Notes under the pieces: model-generated
Databases searched by the model: none
Seen by the model: only the letters and a program-made list of their open reading frames with translations
What the model was told of the DNA's origin: nothing
Position numbers and translations under genes: made by a program
Source of the DNA: Pseudidiomarina andamanensis
Lineage (GTDB): Bacteria > Pseudomonadota > Gammaproteobacteria > Enterobacterales > Alteromonadaceae
Assembly (NCBI RefSeq): GCF_009734345.1
Contig: NZ_CP032551.1
Span: 2,310,001-2,342,000, forward strand
Reading direction: 5' to 3'
DNA length: 32,000 bases
Part shown: positions 9,616 to 19,119 of the stretch, piece after piece
Numbering within the stretch: position 1 is the stretch's first letter
Layout of the letters: every line of letters begins with the position of its first letter

Positions 9616-10131
9616 GTGATAGACGCAGAAGGATTTCGCGCCAATGTGGGAATCATTATCTGCAACGAGCAGGGACAAGTCTTTTGGGCGCGTCGATTCG
9701 GTCAACATAGCTGGCAATTTCCGCAAGGCGGAATTGATGATGGCGAAACGCCAGAGCAAGCTATGTACCGTGAACTCTGGGAAGAGGTTGGGCTAAAGCC
9801 CGAACAAGTCGAAATTGTTTACACCAGTCGCAATTGGTTTCGTTACCGATTACCGAAGCGTTTGGTACGACGCGAACAACGACCAACCTGTATTGGTCAG
9901 AAGCAGAAATGGTTTTTGCTGCGGTTAAAATGTAATGAAAAAGATGTGAACGTCATGCAGTCGTCACATCCTGAGTTTGATGACTGGCGTTGGGTCAGTT
10001 ACTGGTATCCTGTGCGACAAGTTGTGTCGTTCAAACGGGAAGTGTATCGACGGGTTCTGAAAGAGTTCTCGGCAGTCGTGATGAATGCTGCGCCACGTCG
10101 CCCAAGACCCCCACGCCGCCGCCGTTCTTAA
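9616..10131 (+). CDS. rppH: RNA pyrophosphohydrolase (Nudix)
   Basis: The start is GTG, 7 nt after [20 protein letters not shown] and the Nudix box [23 protein letters not shown] are present. The gene is divergent from mutH and upstream of ptsP, as in E. coli. Confidence 0.9.
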   Translation: MIDAEGFRANVGIIICNEQGQVFWARRFGQHSWQFPQGGIDDGETPEQAMYRELWEEVGLKPEQVEIVYTSRNWFRYRLPKRLVRREQRPTCIGQKQKWFLLRLKCNEKDVNVMQSSHPEFDDWRWVSYWYPVRQVVSFKREVYRRVLKEFSAVVMNAAPRRPRPPRRRRS

Positions 10132-10160
10132 CAAAGGGTTTGTGAATAACAAGGCAGGCT

Positions 10161-12434
10161 ATGCTTCGAGTACTACAGCGCATTGTTGAAGCAGTGAACC
10201 AAGCGCCAGACTTTGATCTGGCGCTGCAAACCATGGTGCGCCAAGTTAAAGAAGCTCTTCATACCGATTCCTGTACTGTTTACCTTGCCGACCATGAGCA
10301 ACGCCAGTTCGCTCTGGCTGCCACTGATGGCTTAGAAATTCGCTCTGACAAACCAATTCATGTGCCATTTGGCGAGGGTGTGATTAGTCTTGCGGCGTCA
10401 CGTGAAGAACCCTTAAATATTGCCAATGCTTCCGATCACCCTGCGTTCTTGAAACTCGAACATGTGGTCGAAGATCGTTATAAAGCAATGCTTGCAGCAC
10501 CAGTCATTCACCGCCGTCGAGTTCTCGGCGTGTTAGCCGTTCAGCAAGAGCAAGCACGCGCATTTACTCGCGACGAAGAGGCTTTTGTGGTGACTTTGGC
10601 TGCTCAGCTAGCTGTGGTGATTGCGCACGCCGAAGCGAAGGGGCTGTTACGCACCGCGAAACAATCGCCATGGTTGCAGACCATTAAAGGCCTGCCAGCA
10701 GCGCCGGGTGTCGCTATTGGCGAAGCGTTTGTTGTCAAACCACCAGCACGATTGAGTGAAGTCACACCGAAGCGTAGTGACATGCCTGAGCACGAAATTC
10801 GTGCATTTCGCGCCGCAGTTGCTCGTACGCGGCAAGAGTTGCTGAACATTAGTGACAGCATGAAAGGGCAGGTGGCAGACGAAACACTCGCAATCTTCGA
10901 TGTCTACCACGCCATGATGGACTCTGCCAGCCTCGGCAAAGAAGTTGAACAAACAATTAATGATGGTTGGCGTGCACAAACAGCGTTGAAGCTGGTGGTA
11001 GAGCAACTGGTTAATCAGTTTGAAAACCTCGACGACGAATACATTCGTGAACGTGCCAGTGATGTACGCGATCTTGGTAATCGGATCTTGGCGCACCTGC
11101 AAAATCGAGAAGCACGCAAGCTGAATCCACCAGCGCAATGTATTTTAGTTGCGGACGAAGTCACCGCGACCATGTTAGCGGAGCTGCCACACGCCGATAT
11201 TATTGGCATGGTGTCGTTACGTGGCTCAGGTAACTCGCATGCAGCGATTATGGCTCGCAGCATGGGCATCCCTGCGGTACTTGGTGTCGATGACATTCAA
11301 TTGAATGAAGTGAGTGGTGAAACACTCATTGTCGATGGCTACAATGGCGACGTATTTGTTAGTCCACCACTACAAGTTGAAAACGAATATCGCCAACTCG
11401 CCGACGAAGAACTCGCGTTACGTCAAAAAGTCATGCAGGCACGTGACTTGCCGGCTGAAACCACCGACGGCGTGCGCGTTCAGCTGAATTTGAATGTCGG
11501 CTTAAATACCGAACGCGATTGGCTGAATGATTTGAATGTGCATGGTGTTGGTTTATACCGCACTGAAATTCCGTTCATGATGCGCGAGCGATTACCGACG
11601 GAAGACGAACAAGAAGAACTTTATAGTCAAGTGCTTGAGCAATTTCGCGGGGCGCCGGTGGTTATGCGTACGCTGGATGTTGGCGGTGATAAACCGCTAC
11701 CGTATCTGCCAATGGATGAAGAGAACCCATTTTTAGGCTGGCGTGGTATTCGGATGACGCTCGACCATCCCGAAATATTCTTAGTACAAATTCGTGCCAT
11801 GTTGCGCGCATCCGTTGGTCGCAATAACTTGCGCATTTTATTACCAATGATTACCAGCGCCGAAGAAGTTGATGAAGCAGTACGAATGATTCATCAGGCT
11901 TATCATGAGGTAGCTGAAGAGTTGCAGTGCAGTGTCGACGAGCAGTTATTTGAGCCACAAATTGGTGTCATGATTGAGGTGCCAGCGCTGATTTATCAAT
12001 TGCATTGTGTTGCCGATAAAGTCGATTTTTTCTCGGTCGGCACGAATGATTTAACGCAATATATGTTGGCAGTTGATCGAAATAATTCGCGAGTAGCCAG
12101 TTTATATGATGCATTTCATCCGGCTGTGCTCCACGCGCTAAAGCAAATTATTGAGCGCTGCGACGCACTGAATAAGCCAGTTTCCGTGTGCGGTGAATTA
12201 GCCGGTGAGCCGGGCGGAGCGCTTTTATTGCTCGCTATGGGTTACCGTAATTTCAGCATGAATAGCTATAATATTGATCGCATTCGTTGGATTATTCGGC
12301 ATATATCAGCCGCCGATTTAGACGAAGTGTTACTGCGCGCTTTAGCATCGCGTTCCCCGCAAGAAGTGAAGCAACACGTTATCATGGCACTGGAAAACGC
12401 AGGTCTTGGCGGTTTTGTTCGTGCCGGTGGTTAA
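10161..12434 (+). CDS. ptsP: Phosphoenolpyruvate-protein phosphotransferase PtsP (EI-Ntr, N-terminal GAF domain)
   Basis: The 757-aa protein has an N-terminal GAF-like region, the PEP-utilizer active site GSGNSHAAIMARSMGIPAV, and the C-terminal motifs GLYRTEIPFM and FFSVGTNDLTQY. Confidence 0.92.
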   Translation: MLRVLQRIVEAVNQAPDFDLALQTMVRQVKEALHTDSCTVYLADHEQRQFALAATDGLEIRSDKPIHVPFGEGVISLAASREEPLNIANASDHPAFLKLEHVVEDRYKAMLAAPVIHRRRVLGVLAVQQEQARAFTRDEEAFVVTLAAQLAVVIAHAEAKGLLRTAKQSPWLQTIKGLPAAPGVAIGEAFVVKPPARLSEVTPKRSDMPEHEIRAFRAAVARTRQELLNISDSMKGQVADETLAIFDVYHAMMDSASLGKEVEQTINDGWRAQTALKLVVEQLVNQFENLDDEYIRERASDVRDLGNRILAHLQNREARKLNPPAQCILVADEVTATMLAELPHADIIGMVSLRGSGNSHAAIMARSMGIPAVLGVDDIQLNEVSGETLIVDGYNGDVFVSPPLQVENEYRQLADEELALRQKVMQARDLPAETTDGVRVQLNLNVGLNTERDWLNDLNVHGVGLYRTEIPFMMRERLPTEDEQEELYSQVLEQFRGAPVVMRTLDVGGDKPLPYLPMDEENPFLGWRGIRMTLDHPEIFLVQIRAMLRASVGRNNLRILLPMITSAEEVDEAVRMIHQAYHEVAEELQCSVDEQLFEPQIGVMIEVPALIYQLHCVADKVDFFSVGTNDLTQYMLAVDRNNSRVASLYDAFHPAVLHALKQIIERCDALNKPVSVCGELAGEPGGALLLLAMGYRNFSMNSYNIDRIRWIIRHISAADLDEVLLRALASRSPQEVKQHVIMALENAGLGGFVRAGG

Positions 12435-12443
12435 GGAGATTCA

Positions 12444-13235
12444 GTGCTCTTAACGGGCTGGTTATGGTGTTTAGCCGGAGGTATGGTGGCAGGCTTGTTA
12501 GCCGGCATGCTCGGTATTGGCGGCGGCCTCGTGATTGTTCCTCTACTGATTTACTTGTTGCCATTATTGGGCGTTGCACCTGATCTGGTGGTGCAAATGG
12601 CGGTAGCCACCTCACTTGCAACCATTGTGATGACCACGTCCAGCTCGGCACGGTCGCATTTGAAGCATGGGCAGGTAAGTTTCTTTTGGGTTCGACGCTT
12701 AATTCCCGGCCTGATGGTAGGCGCCGTGTTGGGTGCTTGGTTAGCAACACTGATACATCCAGAGTGGCTCCAACGTATTTTCGCGGTGGTATTAATGTTG
12801 CTTTCTATTCGAATGCTGATACCACAACGCGGCGGTGAACCGCTCACTGATGTCTCGAAGCGATTGATGGCGTTGATTAGCACTGGCATGGGTACCCTAT
12901 CAGCACTGGTTGGTATAGGTGGTGGCTCGCTAACCGTGCCGCTACTGCAAAGGTTACGAGTTCCCATCCGTCAGGCAATTGCGGTATCCTCTGTGGGAAG
13001 TTTAAGTATCGGTTTAAGTGCCGTCATTGCATTTATTGTGCTCGGTCAACAATTAGAAGGTGCAGATGGTCTGCTTGGGTATGTGCACGTGAAAGCGTGG
13101 CTCGCAATTTCAATCACATCAATGTTATTTGCGCCGATCGGAGCGAGCCTCACACAACGCTTGCCGGTTAAACATTTGCAACGTGGGTTCGCGGTATTTT
13201 TAGTCTTTATTTCAATCAAATTAGCAATAGGATAA
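12444..13235 (+). CDS. TSUP (TauE/SafE, YfcA-like) family anion permease
   Basis: The start is GTG after GGAG. The 263-aa polytopic protein carries the duplicated motif GMLGIGGGLVIVPLL / LVGIGGGSLTVPLL. Confidence 0.75.
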   Translation: MLLTGWLWCLAGGMVAGLLAGMLGIGGGLVIVPLLIYLLPLLGVAPDLVVQMAVATSLATIVMTTSSSARSHLKHGQVSFFWVRRLIPGLMVGAVLGAWLATLIHPEWLQRIFAVVLMLLSIRMLIPQRGGEPLTDVSKRLMALISTGMGTLSALVGIGGGSLTVPLLQRLRVPIRQAIAVSSVGSLSIGLSAVIAFIVLGQQLEGADGLLGYVHVKAWLAISITSMLFAPIGASLTQRLPVKHLQRGFAVFLVFISIKLAIG

Positions 13236-13238
13236 TTG

Positions 13239-14081
13239 ATGCAAACAGGCATGACGCAAGCAGCCATCACGCAAACAGAGTACATGGTGCATCCAAGTAT
13301 CGATCCGATTATTGTCAGTATCGGGCCATTTGATTTACGCTGGTATGGCTTGATGTACCTCGTTGGTTTTCTGTTTGCTTGGTGGTGGGGCAACCGGCAG
13401 TGCCGTATGCCGCATTATGCAAATCAAGGCTGGACAGAAAAACGCTTCAGCGATTTGCTGTTTTGGGCGTTTATGGGCGTTATCTTAGGCGGCCGTATTG
13501 GCTACGTACTGTTTTATCAGTTCGATTACTTCCTACAAAATCCGTTATATCTGTTCGACATAACCAGTGGCGGTATGTCATTCCACGGTGGCATGTTGGG
13601 CGTGATTACGGTGTTATGGCTATTTGCGGCGAAAACCAAACAATCGCTACTTGCTGTGGGCGACTTTATCGCACCGCTAGTGCCAGTAGGTTTAGGTGCA
13701 GGTCGCATCGGTAATTTCATTAATGGCGAGTTGTGGGGGCGTGTGACCGATGTACCGTGGGCGATGATTTTCCCCGCAGCGGGACCTCTGCCACGTCACC
13801 CGTCACAGCTCTATCAAGCAGCTTTAGAGGGTGTCGTATTGTTTATTGTGCTGGCGCTCTACAGTCGCAAACCACGACCAGTTGGCGCTATTGGTGGGTT
13901 ATTTCTGATTGGTTACGGTCTAGCGCGGTTTGCGGTGGAATATGCTCGTGAACCAGATAGCCATTTAGGCCTATTAACCTTCGGTTGGTCGATGGGACAG
14001 TGGTTATCGGCACCAATGATTGTTGTTGGCGCGGTGCTAATGTTGCTAGCTTATAAAAATAAAAACGGAGCAAACGCGTGA
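13239..14081 (+). CDS. lgt: Phosphatidylglycerol-prolipoprotein diacylglyceryl transferase
   Basis: [82 protein letters not shown] and [17 protein letters not shown] are collinear with E. coli Lgt. ATG 13239 lies 6 nt after AGGA. Confidence 0.92.
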   Translation: MQTGMTQAAITQTEYMVHPSIDPIIVSIGPFDLRWYGLMYLVGFLFAWWWGNRQCRMPHYANQGWTEKRFSDLLFWAFMGVILGGRIGYVLFYQFDYFLQNPLYLFDITSGGMSFHGGMLGVITVLWLFAAKTKQSLLAVGDFIAPLVPVGLGAGRIGNFINGELWGRVTDVPWAMIFPAAGPLPRHPSQLYQAALEGVVLFIVLALYSRKPRPVGAIGGLFLIGYGLARFAVEYAREPDSHLGLLTFGWSMGQWLSAPMIVVGAVLMLLAYKNKNGANA

Positions 14082-14929
14082 AACAGTATTTAGAACTCTG
14101 CCAACGAATTGTCGATGATGGCGTTTGGATTGAAAACGAACGTACCGGCAAACGCTGTTTGACTGTCATCAACGCAGACCTTGAGTATCGTGTTGACCGC
14201 AATGAATTTCCGTTAATCACCACCCGCAAAAGCTACTGGAAAGCAGCCATTGCCGAGCTTTTGGGTTATATTCGAGGTTACTCGAACGCCGCTGATTTCC
14301 GCGCCCTCGGCACCCCAACTTGGGATGCGAATGCAAACTTAAATGAAGCTTGGCTTGCTAACCCGCACCGCAAAGGTGAAGACGACATGGGCCGCGTTTA
14401 CGGTGTACAAGGACGTGCTTGGGCAAAACCTGACGGCGGCGTTATTGATCAGTTGCGTAAAGTGGTTGATAACCTGTCGCGCGGCATGGATGATCGAGGC
14501 GAAATCATCAGTTTCTATAACCCAGGCGAGTTTCATATGGGCTGTCTACGCCCGTGTATGCACACCCACAACTTCTCGCTACTTGGTGATACCTTGTACT
14601 TAACCAGTTATCAACGCTCGTGTGATGTGCCGTTGGGCCTGAACTTTAACCAAGTACAAGTATTCACGTTCTTGGCGTTAATGGCGCAAATTACCGGCCA
14701 CAAAGCTGGCGTTGCGTACCATAAAATCGTCAACGCACATATTTACGAAGACCAACTTGAACTGATGCGCGATGTGCAACTGAAGCGCGAGCCATACCCA
14801 GCGCCGCAGCTTGAAATCAACCCAGACATCAAAACCCTCGAAGACTTAGAAACCTGGGTGACCATGGACGACTTCGCCGTCCACAACTACAAACACCACC
14901 CACCAATCGCATACCCTTTCAGCGTGTAG
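14078..14929 (+). CDS. thyA: Thymidylate synthase (283-aa form)
   Basis: The GTG start overlaps the lgt stop (GTGA). [38 protein letters not shown] and [15 protein letters not shown] (active-site Cys region) are present. Confidence 0.9.
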   Translation: MKQYLELCQRIVDDGVWIENERTGKRCLTVINADLEYRVDRNEFPLITTRKSYWKAAIAELLGYIRGYSNAADFRALGTPTWDANANLNEAWLANPHRKGEDDMGRVYGVQGRAWAKPDGGVIDQLRKVVDNLSRGMDDRGEIISFYNPGEFHMGCLRPCMHTHNFSLLGDTLYLTSYQRSCDVPLGLNFNQVQVFTFLALMAQITGHKAGVAYHKIVNAHIYEDQLELMRDVQLKREPYPAPQLEINPDIKTLEDLETWVTMDDFAVHNYKHHPPIAYPFSV

Positions 14930-14975
14930 CCCGGCCTTCTCTTACAGAAGGAACGCCGGGTGGCGCGAAGCGCCG
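14930..14975 (+). terminator. Double hairpin module immediately after the thyA stop (CCCGGC...GCCGGG, then GGCGC-GAA-GCGCC)
   Basis: The stems are read directly from the sequence. There is no clear T-tract, so terminator function is uncertain. A near-identical module follows the tcdA stop at 20348-20380. Confidence 0.4.
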
Positions 14976-14982
14976 TGTTGAC

Positions 14983-15070
14983 GTTATTGGTTATTCGTTA
15001 TTCGAAGAGAGCTTTGAGTAACGACTCGGCATTGCAACAAACCCCAGAGCTCCTAGACACGAATAACCAA
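14983..15070. repeat. Heptamer-armed element, copy c (short arms)
   Basis: The left arm is GTTATTG GTTATTC GTTATTC (14983-15003). A distinct core follows, then a single right unit GAATAAC (15061-15067). Confidence 0.7.
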
Positions 15071-15488
15071 AGTGAAAGAAGGGTATGTATATCCCCCCTT
15101 TTTGAAAAACCAAGTTTTCATTGACTAGTATAAAGTGCTTAATACGTTACCTAAGTGCTATTTTGTTGTGATTGGGTTCTTTTTATAGGTCTTTATCGTA
15201 GCTTTCTTTAATCTTGAGGTTTTGGTTGCCGACATCATTTAATATCCGATTATTCGTACTTTTCAAGCTAAAACTCATAATAAAGTTCAATTATGGTAAT
15301 ATAAGCCGCATTTTGAATTTTCATGTTTTTCAGAGAATAGCCCCACACATACACCCATCAACGCAGTCCCCCAACCCTACCAGTTTCTATTTCTTTTTGT
15401 GTCTCAAATATCGCATTTAATAGCTAAAATAATCAGTCAAAGTGCAAATAAAAGAACTTTACTTTATCTATCGCAAGGTCTACGCTTT

Positions 15489-15577
15489 AACGAATAACGA
15501 ATAACGAATAACGAATAACGAATAACGAATAACGAATAACGAATAACGAATAACGAATAACGAATAACGAATAACGG
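15489..15577. repeat. Perfect tandem array of 12 x CGAATAA, right-arm type only
   Basis: Twelve identical 7-bp units span 15491-15574. The array ends 11 nt before the hipB-like ATG at 15586. Confidence 0.97.
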
Positions 15578-15585
15578 ACGAAGCC

Positions 15586-15912
15586 ATGCTCTCACCTGCA
15601 GCCCAAGCCGAACAACTCGGCGAACGCCTCAAACAAGCGCGACTTAACGCGAATATTACCCAAGTGCAGCTTGCAGAGCAGGCAGGGGTATCGCGTAAGA
15701 TTGTATTGAATGCCGAAAAAGGCCAAGCCACGCTTGAGAACTTTGTCGCCTTAATGCAAGCGCTTGATCTCACTGCACAGTTAGATAATTTCTTGCCGCC
15801 ACAACCAATATCTCCGGTGCAGCTGAAAAAGCTGCAAGGCAAGAAGCGTAAGCGCGCGACAGGCTCTCGAAGCAAAGGATACGATGACGAATTGGATGTT
15901 GATGCATGGTAA
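15586..15912 (+). CDS. hipB: XRE-family HTH antitoxin, HipB-like
   Basis: The HTH is ITQVQLAEQAGVSRKIVLNAEKGQ, the protein is 108 aa, and it overlaps the downstream HipA gene. Confidence 0.8.
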   Translation: MLSPAAQAEQLGERLKQARLNANITQVQLAEQAGVSRKIVLNAEKGQATLENFVALMQALDLTAQLDNFLPPQPISPVQLKKLQGKKRKRATGSRSKGYDDELDVDAW

Positions 15913-17222
15913 TGGAAGTTATTGGAGTATGGTACCAAGACCGCGAAGTTGGCGCGTTGAGTTTTGACACGGCGCGTGGTGTTGGTGCATTTGAATATAC
16001 GCCAGAATTTCTAACCAGTGGTATTGAGTTAGCACCACTGAAAATGCCACTAAAAAAACAAATTTATAGCTTTCCTGAATTAAACTTTGAAACCTTTCAC
16101 GGACTACCAGGCCTCACGGCTGATTCGCTTCCAGATGATTTTGGTAATGCGGTGCTCAATGCATGGGTAGCTAGCCAAGGTAAACAACCGAGCGACATTA
16201 CGCCGTTGCAGCGCCTGCAATATACAGGTAGGCGCGGCATGGGCGCACTTGAGTATCGACCGGCGACACGGCTTCGGGGCTTTGAGAAGTCGCAAGACGT
16301 TGAAATCAAAGAGCTCATTAAAGTGGCGCAAGACGTACTGAATAAACGCTCGCAATTTCACGTCGAGCTTGATCCGAGTGGTAAAACAGATCAAGAGGCG
16401 ATGTTGTCGTTGCTCTCGGTAGGGATGAGCGCTGGTGGCGCTAGACCCAAAGCGGTATTAGCCTTCAGTGGTGATTTTACCGAAGTGTGCTCAGGCCAAA
16501 CCGATGCACCTGAAGGGTTTGTGCATTACATCATGAAGTTCGATGGTGTGACCGAGCGCACTATTCAGCGGGAAACATTTGATGATCCGCAAGGGTTCGG
16601 AGCCATGGAGTACGTCTATTATTTGATGGCGCGTGAGTGCGGTATCGAGATGATGCCATGCCATTTGTTGGACGAGGGCGATCGGCGCCACTTTTTAACG
16701 CAACGATTTGATCGCCGTGATAACGAAAAGCTTCATGTGCAAACGCTGACAGGTATCGCACATGTCGATTTCAAAAAGCCTGGAAGTTTTTCCTACGCTG
16801 AGCTATTCGCCGTCGCGCGACAACTCAAGCTCAACGCTCATGAGGCGGAGCAGCTTCTACGACGCATGATTTTTAATATAGTCGCCCGCAATCATGACGA
16901 CCACGCAAAGAATTTCGCGTTTCTCTATCAAAACAACCGCTGGCAACTCGCACCAGCGTATGATCTTGCATACAGTTACAAGCCTGGTAGTAAATGGGTG
17001 AATCAACACTGGATGCAGCTCAACGGTAAACGAGAAGACTTCACTCGCGCCGATCTACATAGCCTCGAAAAAGTCAGCCCTATGTTTACCCGCAAGCGCA
17101 TCGACGCCATTCTCGAGCAAACCACTGAAGCAGTCTCCAAATGGCGACACCTCGCCAAAGAGCAACAAGTACCAGTCGACTTAATTAACGAGATCGCCTC
17201 GAATCACCGCCTCGACCTCTAA
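15906..17222 (+). CDS. hipA: HipA-family serine/threonine kinase toxin
   Basis: The 438-aa protein has an N-terminal HipA coupling region (VGALSFD, GLPGLTADSLPD), a P-loop-like GMSAGGARPKAVL, the catalytic loop ARNHDDHAKNFAF and LAPAYDL. ATG 15906 overlaps hipB by 7 nt. ATG 15912 (TAATG) is an alternative start. Confidence 0.88.
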   Translation: MVMEVIGVWYQDREVGALSFDTARGVGAFEYTPEFLTSGIELAPLKMPLKKQIYSFPELNFETFHGLPGLTADSLPDDFGNAVLNAWVASQGKQPSDITPLQRLQYTGRRGMGALEYRPATRLRGFEKSQDVEIKELIKVAQDVLNKRSQFHVELDPSGKTDQEAMLSLLSVGMSAGGARPKAVLAFSGDFTEVCSGQTDAPEGFVHYIMKFDGVTERTIQRETFDDPQGFGAMEYVYYLMARECGIEMMPCHLLDEGDRRHFLTQRFDRRDNEKLHVQTLTGIAHVDFKKPGSFSYAELFAVARQLKLNAHEAEQLLRRMIFNIVARNHDDHAKNFAFLYQNNRWQLAPAYDLAYSYKPGSKWVNQHWMQLNGKREDFTRADLHSLEKVSPMFTRKRIDAILEQTTEAVSKWRHLAKEQQVPVDLINEIASNHRLDL

Positions 17223-17248
17223 TATCCAATATCCAATATCTAATATCG
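17221..17248. repeat. Short tandem heptamer AATATCC AATATCC AATATCT AATATCG
   Basis: Read directly from the sequence. It starts inside the hipA stop codon. This is a different unit from the CGAATAA family. Confidence 0.8.
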
Positions 17249-17313
17249 TTTTTGCTTTTCTATTTTGATAATCTCAATGTTCGTCAAATAATAACAACAA
17301 AAGTGAGCATCGG

Positions 17314-19119
17314 ATGTCAGTCGTCGCATGGATTGCTTTAGCAATTTTATTGTTGGCAGTATTTTTATTTTTTAAATTCAGAAAATTTCGTGGGTTTGTT
17401 TTTCTGACTTTGTTTGCCGCACTATTGGGCATGATATTTGGTCCTCCGTCTTATGTGGTGCACGAAGGCTACACTACAACCCTACGAAACGATCCAACTA
17501 ATACGCGCTATCATTATGCTTGGGCTGTCAATAAACTGGCGCCGACAGAAGCAAAGCGGGCAAAATTGGGCATTTATAATCCCGAAACAGGTGAATTTCA
17601 GCGCTTCAATGAGGAGCTGGCAAAATCTGCTAATCTCGCATTTATTCCGCCAAGCCAACCAACTTGGTTGCTCAATATTTGGTGGTGGATATTTCCAGCA
17701 ACCTATTTGGCGTTCTATATTCAGCGCCGATTTGGGCTATTAGCCAGCTTTGGCGGTGTATTTTACTTCGCGCGGCGTAACAAAAACTGCCAAGAAAAAC
17801 TCGATTTTGCTCGACAACAACGAACGATCTGGGCGTACGAAGATGCTCTAAAACTTTTCCAAAGCTATCGTTTCAAACCCAAACGATTTATTGAACAGGC
17901 GACGCAAGAGTCGGCAGCTATTTACCAGACTTATAAATTACGTGTGCAAACACTCCAGAAACTGTATCGAAATGCCGCAGAGACGCTGCAAAATCGCGAT
18001 GTCACTGCATTCACGAAAACGGGTAAGTTGTTTGCCATTGCTGATTTTATGGGGCTTCTTGGTGAATTGCTGCATGACCGAGAACGCACACAGATGCCGA
18101 ACCTTGCACTCGAGATAACGTTGGATAAGAACTGGCATTTATTTAGCCCAGAACACCGAAAATTTGTCGGTTATTCGAGCATTACAGAGCTTGAGAACAC
18201 CAAACTCAATCAAATTGAAGAGCGTTGGCGCCGAGAAATATCCTCTGCACAACCGATCTCACAGCTGACCGAGTACTATGCGCAAAATGTGAAGTCATTT
18301 GAACAGCAACGCGATAACGTGCGTACGACGGAGTCCGCGCAAAATTACGTTTCTGCAGAGTTGGCGGCGTTTTGGCAGGTGGCTGAATCTCAACTAGCCG
18401 GTGAGTTAACTGAGCAAAACCGCGTCAGCGCACAACGTTACGCGAATGATTATTTTATTAATCGACTGTTTAAAGCGGTGTCAGATCCGACCGCTTTTAA
18501 GTATTTTCATCAATCGTTTGAGAAAAACTTGAGCAAGACGCTCGCCATCATTTTCTCTTCCTATTTTCCAGAAGAACAATGGCATGGTCGGGCACTATTT
18601 AGCGAGCAAAAATCCGAGTCGATTCAGCAGCGGCAATTGCTTTTCAAATTGATTCCAACCGGTCGCTTAACCGGCGGTGCTCCAACCGTTGAAAGTGAGG
18701 TGTCACAGTGGGTTGGTCAGCAAACGGTTTGGGTGAGACGGTTGAATCAACCGCAGCTACCAAATCGATTTAAATCAAAGGCCGATGCATTCGGTGATAT
18801 CACAGCAACGGCCATGTTACGAGATGCGTTCAACACCAGAAAGCAGATACCACAACCGAACTCTCATAAAGTAACAGAACTTGCTCAAAAACATGTCTTA
18901 GATGAACTAAATGAGACGGTGAAAGAGCTTGCACATGGAGTCGGTGAAGACCTCGCACTCGAGTTGATCAACCAAATTATTGACGGCAACGGCGTTAATG
19001 CAATTATCCAATTTGAACAAGTTGTTGATAGCGAATTAAGTAGTCTGGTATTCAATTCGCTAGAAAACGCGGCAAGCTTATTTGAAGCAGGTTTAGGCTT
19101 TTTGGGAGGTGATGATTAA
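17314..19119 (+). CDS. Hypothetical 601-aa inner-membrane protein (about 4 N-terminal TM helices plus a large helical soluble region); no recognisable domain
   Basis: This is a long uninterrupted ORF. Its hydrophobic segments are VVAWIALAILLLAVFLFF, FVFLTLFAALLGMIFG, WLLNIWWWIFPATYLAFYI and LLASFGGVFYFA. The remainder is rich in Q/E/K/R heptad-like sequence. I see no catalytic motif. Confidence 0.6.
   Translation: MSVVAWIALAILLLAVFLFFKFRKFRGFVFLTLFAALLGMIFGPPSYVVHEGYTTTLRNDPTNTRYHYAWAVNKLAPTEAKRAKLGIYNPETGEFQRFNEELAKSANLAFIPPSQPTWLLNIWWWIFPATYLAFYIQRRFGLLASFGGVFYFARRNKNCQEKLDFARQQRTIWAYEDALKLFQSYRFKPKRFIEQATQESAAIYQTYKLRVQTLQKLYRNAAETLQNRDVTAFTKTGKLFAIADFMGLLGELLHDRERTQMPNLALEITLDKNWHLFSPEHRKFVGYSSITELENTKLNQIEERWRREISSAQPISQLTEYYAQNVKSFEQQRDNVRTTESAQNYVSAELAAFWQVAESQLAGELTEQNRVSAQRYANDYFINRLFKAVSDPTAFKYFHQSFEKNLSKTLAIIFSSYFPEEQWHGRALFSEQKSESIQQRQLLFKLIPTGRLTGGAPTVESEVSQWVGQQTVWVRRLNQPQLPNRFKSKADAFGDITATAMLRDAFNTRKQIPQPNSHKVTELAQKHVLDELNETVKELAHGVGEDLALELINQIIDGNGVNAIIQFEQVVDSELSSLVFNSLENAASLFEAGLGFLGGDD

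Noticed and set aside
10604-11296. Nested antisense or out-of-frame ORFs inside ptsP (85, 163 and 93 aa), and similar ones inside rsmC, the TSUP gene, lgt, thyA, etfA, the S9 peptidase gene and others
   Set aside because: They lie wholly within strongly supported genes, have biased composition (R/S/A/C rich) typical of off-frame translation, and lack SD sequences.
15214-15420. 68-aa plus-strand ORF in the AT-rich region
   Set aside because: It uses a non-ATG start, has no SD, and its composition is AT-driven and low in complexity (F/I/K/L/N rich). It resembles no protein family I recognise, so I treat it as non-coding.
15489-15577. Possible CRISPR array or iteron cluster
   Set aside because: The units are 7 bp and directly abutting, with no spacers. 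No cas genes or replication genes are nearby. The array is a microsatellite of the interspersed-repeat unit, not a CRISPR array.
15480-15938. 152-aa minus-strand ORF ending in IRYSLFVIRYSLFV..., antisense to hipB
   Set aside because: Its C-terminal half is only the translation of the CGAATAA tandem array. The rest is antisense to a well-supported HTH gene. There is no SD and the sequence is low complexity. The same artefact explains ORFs 7889-8164 (+) and 22613-22810 (-), which read through repeat copies b and e.
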